DNA of 62,894 bases, the filler included. It is 9 parts of 9 records of this genome, joined end to end, with 100 filler letters (N's around TTAATTAATTAA, not from the genome) between each part and the next. Parts side by side here need not be neighbours in the genome. Positions count along the whole stretch, not along the records: positions 27,784 to 35,108 come from SRR20825010_5683; positions 35,209 to 43,991 come from SRR20825010_5685; 7 more parts are not named here. One strand, given 5' to 3'. Shown here one piece after another: positions 33,701-41,561 of this stretch. Numbering within the stretch: the first letter of the stretch is position 1; each line of letters begins with the position of its first letter. The notes under the pieces are model-generated. The model was not told the DNA's origin. It did not search any database and worked only from the letters and a program-made list of their open reading frames with translations. A program made the translations under genes and the position numbers.

Positions 33701-35108
33701 TAGACTACGCAAACATAAAGTTATGTATGATTACGTGTATGTTTATGTAAAGCATATAACGCTATAAAAAAATGTATATGTTTTTGTAGTAGCTAAATTT
33801 ACATACATTCCCATTACGTATTTAACATAACATTGCATGCGTGGTATACATAGTGCACAGCGTTCACACCTTTCCGGTATAAGCCTGTATATATGTATAG
33901 TCCAAAATCATGACAAACCACCTAGGCAAAGTTACGCACCCGGTACAATACAGGCGAACGTACTTTACATGTTATAACGTATACGTTTTGAAATGTCCCA
34001 TATCCTACGCGGGTTGGGTGGTTAGTGTATATTAGTGTACACTCCCCCCGGCCTATCGGCATCGTGGGATGTAATTATTCTACGCGGGATTATACACCTT
34101 TCCGGGTTTAACGTAATTCTAGTAAAATAGAACAACAAAAACAACAAACTACCCGCATGTACCTGTCTACATATTTTGTAAGGTACCGTTATACTTATCA
34201 CGATACTATACGGTTACAATAAATTTACGTAATACGTGTGCATATAAAATAAAAGATATTAAGCCACGTAATAACTATGTGTTAATGAGTACTATGTATG
34301 CACACGATACGTACATTCTGCATTATACAGAGTAAAACTACACCTTTCCTATATAACGCTATTATCAGCTGGGTTACGCAAAACATGGGATTACTAACGT
34401 AGCATACCTATATATCATGTGGAATGTGTAAATACTGCACACATTTAAAAGTCGTAGTTACTACGTTGGTTTACACGGAGTGTACTTCACACCTTTCCGA
34501 GAAGTGTTAAATAACGATATTAACTATCGCAAAACGAAAATTAAGCAAACTCATGTTATGCAAGTAATGTACTGGTTACGGGGTATATAGTACCCGTATC
34601 CTTCCATAAGACATAACACATACACGTAAATCATGTGTAACATGCACACCTTTCCGTATGGTTGAATACATTACCGTTGTTGCAAGACAACAACAACAAC
34701 ATAAAACTACGGGTATATCACACCCCTATGTAACATACATCCTAAGTTAAATATCATGTCTGTCGTGGGTAACACGCGGTATACATACAAGAACTACATC
34801 CGGGGCTTACATGTCATATAGAAATATATATTTTTTTTTATTTCTGTGTGTACTGCTACCATATGATATACCCTTACTGGAAAGGTGTTCGGGTTTAATC
34901 CCGGTGTAATATACGCATGACATTGTTATACGTAGTCCCCCTGGTAGTAACATGTGTACTGCTCGGAACGCAGTATAACAATGCGTGGTTACGTAAAATA
35001 TCGGGATTACGTGTAACGTGTAAAGTAATGTACGTAATATTGTATAATACAGTAAACACTTATATTACAACTCTTACGACGTAGTAGTGTACATAACCGT
35101 ACGTACAC
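27784..35108. repeat. Gene-less AT-rich contig with 36 dispersed directional units (RCACCTTTCC + about 25-35 nt + A/C-rich tract); putative small-RNA gene array
   Basis: RCACCTTTCC on + at 27823, 28104, 28260, 29408, 29722, 29910, 30385, 31242, 31494, 32606, 32788, 33020, 33284, 33418, 33667, 33866, 34094, 34340, 34489, 34646. GGAAAGGTGY at 28046, 28537, 28814, 29007, 29271, 30224, 30609, 30792, 31009, 31851, 31939, 32172, 32546, 32969, 33587, 34879. No ORF over 110 aa. Confidence refers to the repeat structure, not the function. Confidence 0.93.
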
Positions 35109-35209
35109 NNNNNNNNNNNNNNNNNNNNNNNNNNNNNNNNNNNNNNNNNNNNTTAATTAATTAANNNNNNNNNNNNNNNNNNNNNNNNNNNNNNNNNNNN
35201 NNNNNNNNG

Positions 35210-35342
35210 TTGAAAGTTCAAAGTTTAAAGTTGAAAAGGTAAGCGGTGATCTTGTGCATTTCCCTGCGAAATCGCTCGTCGCGGTTATAGCCGTGTCGGC
35301 GTGGTGTCTGGGCAACGCGCGTTTGAACTTTAACCTTTGAGC
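35210..35342. repeat. Intergenic element with inverted arms of tandem 7-mers
   Basis: TTGAAAG TTCAAAG TTTAAAG TTGAAAA (35210-35237) and TTTGAAC TTTAACC TTTGAGC (35322-35342); same type as 2671-2816. Confidence 0.8.
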
Positions 35343-35365
35343 TCGCTCCTGCTAACCACCGGACC

Positions 35366-36382
35366 ATGACAATGCCCCGCATTCTTCCTCTGCTGATTGT
35401 CTCCCTGGCGCTGCTGCTGACGGGCTGTGATGACAGCAAGAATCGCCTGTCTGTACTCAGTGGTCCCACCATGGGAACCACCTGGAGCGTCAAATACACC
35501 GGCACCCCGGATGAAGGCGTGGAAGCGTTGAAGGGGGAGATCGAAGCGGCGCTGGAGCAGGTGAACGCCCAGATGAGCACCTACCGCCCGGATTCCTCCC
35601 TAAGCCGTTTCAACAATGCCGAGCCGGGGGCACTGATGAATCTGCCCGCAGATACGGTGAAGGTGCTGCTGGCCGCGTTCTCCCTGTCGGAACAAACCGG
35701 CGGCGCCTATGACGTGACGGTGGGGCCGCTGGTTAACCTGTGGGGCTTCGGACCGGACCGGAACCGATTCGAGCCGCCAGAGGCCAGCGAAGTCGAGACA
35801 GCGAAGGAACGGGTTGGCTGGCAGAAACTGCTGCTCAGCGACCAGCAATTGCTGCAACCCGGCGGCGTCTATGTGGATCTGTCATCCATTGCGAAAGGCT
35901 TTGCGGTGGACAAGGTGGCGACCTTACTGGATAGCCATGGGGTGAATAACTACCTGGTAGAAGTCGGCGGAGAACTGCTGGGCAAGGGCAGCAAGCCCTA
36001 TAAACAGCCCTGGCGGGTTGCCGTGGAACGCCCGATTGCGGGCGTTCGCGAGGTGGAGCAGGTGGTAGACCTCAAGAACATGGCCGTGGCCACCAGTGGC
36101 GATTACCGGAACTTCTTTGAGTCGGAAGGCCGCTTGTATTCCCATACGATTGATCCCCGTACCGGTTACCCGGTGGAGCACCAGTTGGCCTCGGTGTCCG
36201 TTTTGCACAAAAGTGCGATGATGGCCGACGGCCTGGCCACCGCCATGACGGTGCTGGGCCCGGATGAAGGAATGGCTTTCGCCAAAGACCATGAACTGGC
36301 AGTCTTTTTTATTGTCAGAACCAATAAGGGCGTGGAAGAGTTATCGACTCCCGCCTTCGATGCAATTGTGGAGGGTAAGTAA
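35366..36382 (+). CDS. apbE: FAD:protein FMN transferase lipoprotein
   Basis: Lipobox LTGC, TMGT, DLSSIAKGFAVD, ATSGDYRN, HTIDPRTG, ADGLATA. Confidence 0.96.
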   Translation: MTMPRILPLLIVSLALLLTGCDDSKNRLSVLSGPTMGTTWSVKYTGTPDEGVEALKGEIEAALEQVNAQMSTYRPDSSLSRFNNAEPGALMNLPADTVKVLLAAFSLSEQTGGAYDVTVGPLVNLWGFGPDRNRFEPPEASEVETAKERVGWQKLLLSDQQLLQPGGVYVDLSSIAKGFAVDKVATLLDSHGVNNYLVEVGGELLGKGSKPYKQPWRVAVERPIAGVREVEQVVDLKNMAVATSGDYRNFFESEGRLYSHTIDPRTGYPVEHQLASVSVLHKSAMMADGLATAMTVLGPDEGMAFAKDHELAVFFIVRTNKGVEELSTPAFDAIVEGK

Positions 36383-36383
36383 C

Positions 36384-36620
36384 ATGTTCATGACCATTGT
36401 GGCAGCAGTAGTTTTCATTGGCCTGCTTTTCGCCGGCATGGCTGTGGGCGTGATTCTTTCCAACAAGCCGGTTAAAGGCTCCTGTGGTGGCCTGGCCTCA
36501 CTGGGCATGAAGCAGGACTGTGAAATCTGCGGCGGTAACGACGACGAATGTGAAGAGAACGCCCGCAAGGTGAACAGCGAAAAAGCGGCCACCTTGGGTA
36601 AGGACGTGATGAAGATGTAA
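36384..36620 (+). CDS. nqrM: Na+-NQR maturation factor NqrM
   Basis: TM followed by KGSCGGL...CEICGG; immediately after apbE. Confidence 0.9.
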   Translation: MFMTIVAAVVFIGLLFAGMAVGVILSNKPVKGSCGGLASLGMKQDCEICGGNDDECEENARKVNSEKAATLGKDVMKM

Positions 36621-36637
36621 GCCCGCGCCCGGCCACA

Positions 36638-36665
36638 AGAAGCCCGCCCCGTGCGGGCTTTTTTG
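36638..36665 (+). terminator. Rho-independent terminator
   Basis: AAGCCCGC-CCCGT-GCGGGCTT followed by a T-run, after nqrM. Confidence 0.8.
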
Positions 36666-36678
36666 TGCCTGAACGACC

Positions 36679-36802
36679 CGTAGGCGCATCGCTGGCGGCG
36701 CGATAACAGCAGTTGCGAGTTGCGAGAAGTGTGTTTCGAAAAGAAAAACCTTAAAGAGCGGAAAATTCAGGTTTTCGTGACTCGAAACTCGCTTTTCGAA
36801 AC
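36679..36802. repeat. REP-like copy plus inverted 7-mer arms
   Basis: CGTAGGCGCATCGCTGGCGGCGCGA; AGTTGCG AGTTGCG AGAAGTG TGTTTCG ... TTTTCGT GACTCGA AACTCGC TTTTCGA. Confidence 0.65.
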
Positions 36803-36837
36803 GGCTTTATTGCGATGTTCATGCAACAAAGCGTTAT

Positions 36838-37950
36838 TCAGGGGCGGCTCAATATCACTGCCGTGCGCAGCTTTGCCTGGCCGTATTGTCGCATCTGGTC
36901 AAACTTTTCCCGAGTGATGGGCACGTGTTGGCAATCCATCGGCACCTGATCTTCGCCGGGGTCGGGGTCATGTATGTAGAAGCATTCTTCGTCGCTGCCG
37001 CTGATAGCGACCCAGTGTGGCGCCTTGCGGCCATCCAGCCGCCAGGTGCTGATCAGCACCAGAACGATGCTGCCGGCGGTAATGGCCTTGTCCACGTCAG
37101 CGGCGCTGAAATCTTCGTAACAGACGGGAATTTTTTGCTGCGCACATTCGCTGACAAAGTGGTTATGCAGGGTGGTGATAACCGCTTTTTTATCGCTGTC
37201 GCGCACTGAATCCACAAACAGGGGGCCGGTCTGGTTACACCAGACGCGGGCGTTGAGGCCACGGTGTCGGGCGGCCAGTGCCAGCCCCAACGGGTGGCAG
37301 CCACCATGACCTGCGGTCATGAAAATGGTGGTGGCTTCGCGCCACAGCAACAGTTCTTCTGTGGTCGTGGGCGTTTGCTGTTTCAGCGCGGCCAGGGCCA
37401 TTAACAGGCAGGCTGGGCCACAGGTGAATGGGGTGGTTTGCTGGACCCAGGGTAAATGCTGCGGGTTGGAGGTGCCGCGTAGATTCTTCGGTTGATAGTG
37501 AAGGCGTTTTTGATAACGCAGGGCGTCTTCGTGGTCTTCGTAATAGTCTGCGGTCTGGGCAAACAGGCGGTAACCCAGGCGTTCGTACAAGGCGATCGCT
37601 GTGGTGTTGTCCTTGCGCACCTCCAGGCGGAGGAACAGGCGTCGCTGTTGGTGAGCATAGTCTTCGGCGGCGTCCAGTAAGCGCTCGCCGAGTTTTTTGC
37701 CCCGTTGCTGAGGATCCACCGCAATGGAGTAAAGCCGGGCAAGGCGCGTGCCGGGCTGCAACAACACCAGCGCATAGCCTGCCAGTTGCTGCTGTTCATC
37801 CAGCGCAACGATCAAGCCGGCGTGCTGGCGCTTGAGCCATTTACGGAAACTGCGGCGCGACAATCGATCAGAAGAAAAGCAACGCTGTTCCAGCGCGGTG
37901 AGCGCATCCAGGTCGTCGGGGAGAGCGGGGCGGAGGGAGAAAGCGCACAT
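36838..37950 (-). CDS. RimI-like GNAT acetyltransferase fused to peptidase C39-like domain
   Basis: LYSIAVDPQQRGKKLG, LEVRKDN, then QTTPFTCGPACL, PHWV, IHDP. Confidence 0.88.
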   Translation of the reverse strand: MCAFSLRPALPDDLDALTALEQRCFSSDRLSRRSFRKWLKRQHAGLIVALDEQQQLAGYALVLLQPGTRLARLYSIAVDPQQRGKKLGERLLDAAEDYAHQQRRLFLRLEVRKDNTTAIALYERLGYRLFAQTADYYEDHEDALRYQKRLHYQPKNLRGTSNPQHLPWVQQTTPFTCGPACLLMALAALKQQTPTTTEELLLWREATTIFMTAGHGGCHPLGLALAARHRGLNARVWCNQTGPLFVDSVRDSDKKAVITTLHNHFVSECAQQKIPVCYEDFSAADVDKAITAGSIVLVLISTWRLDGRKAPHWVAISGSDEECFYIHDPDPGEDQVPMDCQHVPITREKFDQMRQYGQAKLRTAVILSRP

Positions 37951-38080
37951 AATCCTGTGTCCTTGAGTGCCTTCAGCATAAGGCAGCGGTTATGTTCCCG
38001 CCAGCATTATTGCTGCGACCAGCGGTGGTGGCCGGGCGGTCAGCGCGGCATACTGACCACAACCAACAGGGAGGGTATCG

Positions 38081-39250
38081 ATGCACAAGCAGGATCCGGT
38101 GAGAGGATTGATATTGTCCGGCGGTGGCGCGCGCGGCGCCTACCAGGTCGGTGTGCTGGCGGCGATTGCGGAGATGGTGCCTCGTGGTGCGCCCAACCCG
38201 TTTCCGATCATCTGTGGCACCTCGGCGGGGGCGATCAATGCGGCGGCGCTGTCAGCCAATGCGGGCAACTACCGCGCTGCGGTGCGAGGGCTTGAACGAG
38301 TCTGGTCGAATATTACCGCAGAGCAGGTTTACCGCACGGACCTGTACGCCTGTCTGCGGGGCGTGATGCGCTGGTTTTTCTCCGGCGTGGCCACGGGCAA
38401 AACCCCGGAACGCAGCTCTTTACTCGACAACACCCCGTTGCAGCGTTTGTTGTCACTGGTGATTAATTTTCGACGTATTCAGGAGAGTCTGGATCAGGGG
38501 CACCTGCGGGCATTGGCGATTACGGCCTCTGCCTATGCCAGTGGCGAGTCGGTGAGCTTTTTTCAGGGTGCGGATGAATTGCCCGAATGGATCCGGGCGC
38601 GGCGCAAAGGCAAGCGTTCGAACATTGGGGTGGAGCACTTGTTGGGATCGGCGGCCATTCCCATCCTGTTTCCTGCCAGCAACGTGGACGGCGCCTATTA
38701 TGGCGACGGGGCGCTGCGCCAGTTGGCACCATTGAGCCCGGCATTGCATCTGGGCGCTACGCGTTTGTTGGTGATTGGTGTCTCCGGCAACGTCAGTGCC
38801 GGGCATCAGCGTCGGCTCAGTGGCTACCCCTCCATGGCCCAGGTGCTGGGGCATGTGTTGAACAGTGTGTTCGTGGATACCCTGGAAGGGGACGTGGAGC
38901 GGCTTGAGCGAATCAATCACACCCTGTCTGCTCTGGGCGAGCGCACCCGCAGAAAGCACGGTATCAAGCTTCGCGAAGTGGATGTGCTGAAAATTTATCC
39001 CTCGCGGCCCATTGATGAAATTGCGGCGGAGCATATTCGTGAATTGCCCCGCACCTTGCGATTTTTCCTGCGCAGTTCCGGGGCGACCCGTTCCCCCGGG
39101 GCCAGTGCCATGAGTTATCTGCTGTTTGAGCCCGGCTTCACCAATGCCTTGATCGAGATGGGGCGCAAGGACGCCATGGCCCGTAAAGAGGAGATCATGG
39201 CGTTTCTTAACGATCAGCCGTTAATGGAAGCGGCTTCCGAAGAGCCGTAA
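38081..39250 (+). CDS. Patatin-like phospholipase
   Basis: LSGGGARGAY, GTSAG, DGAL. Confidence 0.93.
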   Translation: MHKQDPVRGLILSGGGARGAYQVGVLAAIAEMVPRGAPNPFPIICGTSAGAINAAALSANAGNYRAAVRGLERVWSNITAEQVYRTDLYACLRGVMRWFFSGVATGKTPERSSLLDNTPLQRLLSLVINFRRIQESLDQGHLRALAITASAYASGESVSFFQGADELPEWIRARRKGKRSNIGVEHLLGSAAIPILFPASNVDGAYYGDGALRQLAPLSPALHLGATRLLVIGVSGNVSAGHQRRLSGYPSMAQVLGHVLNSVFVDTLEGDVERLERINHTLSALGERTRRKHGIKLREVDVLKIYPSRPIDEIAAEHIRELPRTLRFFLRSSGATRSPGASAMSYLLFEPGFTNALIEMGRKDAMARKEEIMAFLNDQPLMEAASEEP

Positions 39251-40017
39251 CGGTGTTTGCGGCGGAAGTGGCTGACAAAGCTGGTGGGGAAGTCTGTGAT
39301 GATGCTGTGCACTTTCAGTTTGGCCAGCCGTTCGGCTTCGGTCAGGTCGTTCACCGTCCACACGGACACTTTCAAGCCCCGTCGTTTGGCTCGGCGCATC
39401 AACGCCGGGCCTACCAGCGAGTAATGTGCGATCACCCAGCTGCAGCCCAGCCCTTTGGCGCGGCGAGTGGGTTGCAGGTAACGATGTTGGCACACGTAAC
39501 CCCGCTCGATATCCGGGGCCATGGTGCCGATCATGCGTAGAAAGCCGGTGTGGCTGGATGTGATCACCACCCGTGATTGCAGCTGCTGATCATGGATCAT
39601 GTGCGTGAGGTGATGAGCCAGCTGGTGGAGGACGGTACGGTCTGCGCCTTTCACCTCGAACTGAAAACGCATATCCGGGCCGCAGAGTTCAACCACTTCC
39701 TGCAGTGAGGGAATGCCGGTGGGGCTGTGCCAGCCGGGGGTATTGCGGCGGGCATCCATAACGCCAAGCTGGGCACGGGTGTACTGGCGTACATTGCCAC
39801 GGACACCGGTGGTGCGGGTGACGTCGCTGTCGTGCAGCACGATCAATTGGCCATCGGAAGATAGCCGCACGTCCAGTTCCATTTCCGTCACACCGGCTTC
39901 GATGGCCACTTGAAAGCTGGCCAGCGTGTTCTCCGGCGCTTCGCCGCGGGCGCCACGGTGGCCTACCAGAGCAGGGTAGGCAGAAGGGTTCGTCAGGTCG
40001 GTCATTGGCACAGTCAT
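39214..40017 (-). CDS. Glycerophosphodiester phosphodiesterase
   Basis: GHRGARGEAPENT, ELDVR, VLHD, VWTVND, IITDFP. Confidence 0.93.
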   Translation of the reverse strand: MTVPMTDLTNPSAYPALVGHRGARGEAPENTLASFQVAIEAGVTEMELDVRLSSDGQLIVLHDSDVTRTTGVRGNVRQYTRAQLGVMDARRNTPGWHSPTGIPSLQEVVELCGPDMRFQFEVKGADRTVLHQLAHHLTHMIHDQQLQSRVVITSSHTGFLRMIGTMAPDIERGYVCQHRYLQPTRRAKGLGCSWVIAHYSLVGPALMRRAKRRGLKVSVWTVNDLTEAERLAKLKVHSIITDFPTSFVSHFRRKHRYGSSEAASING

Positions 40018-40137
40018 AGCGCTATTCTTTGCGAGAAAGATGACAGCGCTGTGACCTGGACACAAGAGGCAGTGTTGTCATTTTTGTGACTTGAAACTGT
40101 TTTATTGTTTCAACGTTTCTTCCCTTCGAGCCTGATC

Positions 40138-41307
40138 ATGCCAACGCTGCTGAAACGTTATACCGCATTGTTTGCCGCCAGCTGGTTTCCCGGTTACCAG
40201 GGGCAACTGCGTGGATTTTCGTTACAGCGGCTGCTGGTGATGCTGCTGTTCTGGCCGTTATTCCTGCTGGTACAGGGAATTAACGGTATCGGCCTGGGCC
40301 TGGATTATCTGCTGTTCCCGGCGTTCCGGCGGGTGACTGTGCGTCAGCCGTTGTTTGTGACCGGGGTGCCACGCAGCGGCACCACCTTTCTGCATCGCCT
40401 GCTGGCCATGGATACGCGGTTTACCACCACAGCGTTATGGGAGCTGCTGTTTGCGCCCTCGATTACCCAGCGTTATTTCTGGACCGGTGTCGCTCGTCTG
40501 GACAAAGTGATCGGTCGCCCGGGTGCGCGGCTTCTGTTCTGGGCGGAAAGGCGTTTGTTGGGCGGACTGGACGGCGTGCACAAGACCGGGCTGCTGGATC
40601 CGGAAGAGGATTATCTGGGATTGATCCCGGTATGGGGCTGCTTTCTGCTGGTGCTTGTGGTGCCTGTTCCTGCCCTGTGGCAACTGACGTTTCTGGACCG
40701 CGATGGCCGCCCGGAAGAAAAACAACGGCTGATGCGCGCTTACCGCCGTTTTATTCAGCGCCACCTTTACTTCCACGGCCCGGAAAAAATCCTGCTATCG
40801 AAGAACCCGTCGTTTACCCCGTGGATGGAAACCTTGGCCGAAGCTTTCCCGGATGCCCGTTTTATCGGCTGCCTGCGCAGCCCCTCTGCGGCGGTGCCAT
40901 CGCAGGTGAATTCCATTCTTATAGGCGCGCGCCTGTTCGATGGCCGCGACACCACCTCCTACTGGCGTGAAGGATTTCTGGCGATGCTGGAATACTACTA
41001 TCGACACTTGCTGGAGGTGCTAGAGCAGATGCCGGAACAGCGCCAGGCGCTGTCGGTGATGGAAACCTTGGCATCTGCTCCTGGCGAGACCGTACTGGGT
41101 TTTTACCAGCGGTTTGGCTGGCAGCCCGACGCGCCATTTTGTCAGCGGCTGCAGGAGCAGGACCGCAAGGCCAGGCAGTATCGCAGCGCCCATCAGTATT
41201 CTCTGGATGCCCTGGGTGTCAGTGGTGAGGCGTTGCTGCACAGGTTTGGCTGGGTGTATGAGCGCTTCGGATACCCGCTCCCCAACACTGATGAAAAACC
41301 GCTGTAG
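40138..41307 (+). CDS. Sulfotransferase family protein
   Basis: PAPS-binding FVTGVPRSGTTFLHRLL, LSKNP, FPDARFI. Confidence 0.88.
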   Translation: MPTLLKRYTALFAASWFPGYQGQLRGFSLQRLLVMLLFWPLFLLVQGINGIGLGLDYLLFPAFRRVTVRQPLFVTGVPRSGTTFLHRLLAMDTRFTTTALWELLFAPSITQRYFWTGVARLDKVIGRPGARLLFWAERRLLGGLDGVHKTGLLDPEEDYLGLIPVWGCFLLVLVVPVPALWQLTFLDRDGRPEEKQRLMRAYRRFIQRHLYFHGPEKILLSKNPSFTPWMETLAEAFPDARFIGCLRSPSAAVPSQVNSILIGARLFDGRDTTSYWREGFLAMLEYYYRHLLEVLEQMPEQRQALSVMETLASAPGETVLGFYQRFGWQPDAPFCQRLQEQDRKARQYRSAHQYSLDALGVSGEALLHRFGWVYERFGYPLPNTDEKPL

Positions 41308-41464
41308 GAGCGCCGCTTGAGGCGCGAACCAAAATAGTTTTGATTTTCGAAACTCGCTTCTCGTGGCTCGCAGCTGATGAGGCAAGCAGATTCGCGTCTC
41401 AAGCGGCGCTCCTACAGCGTCGTTGTAGATGTCGCGGAATCGCGCCGCCAGCGACGCTCCTACG
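41300..41464. repeat. GTAG-family REP doublet plus third copy
   Basis: 29-bp inverted repeat CGCTGTAGGAGCGCCGCTTGAG(G/A)CGCGAA at 41300-41328 and 41391-41419 (1 mismatch); related copy at 41440-41464. Confidence 0.85.
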
Positions 41465-41561
41465 GCGAGCTTCGGGTTCGTTACATCTTGTCGCAATTAC
41501 ACCGTCATGGTGCGACCCTTTTGTCACATTATCGACATGAGCGGCCGGGATACTCCCGGCC

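Noticed and set aside
27931-33703. Short ORFs (60-110 aa) in the AT-rich contig
   Set aside because: They are Y/C/V/T/H-rich translations that mirror the alternating RY composition, overlap on both strands and show no recognisable motifs.
27784-35108. CRISPR array interpretation of the repeated motif
   Set aside because: The repeat is only 10 nt, occurs in both orientations, is spaced 51-374 bp apart, and there are no cas genes.
39214-39250. 37-bp 3' overlap of the convergent patatin and GDPD genes
   Set aside because: Short convergent overlaps are common and there is no further signal.
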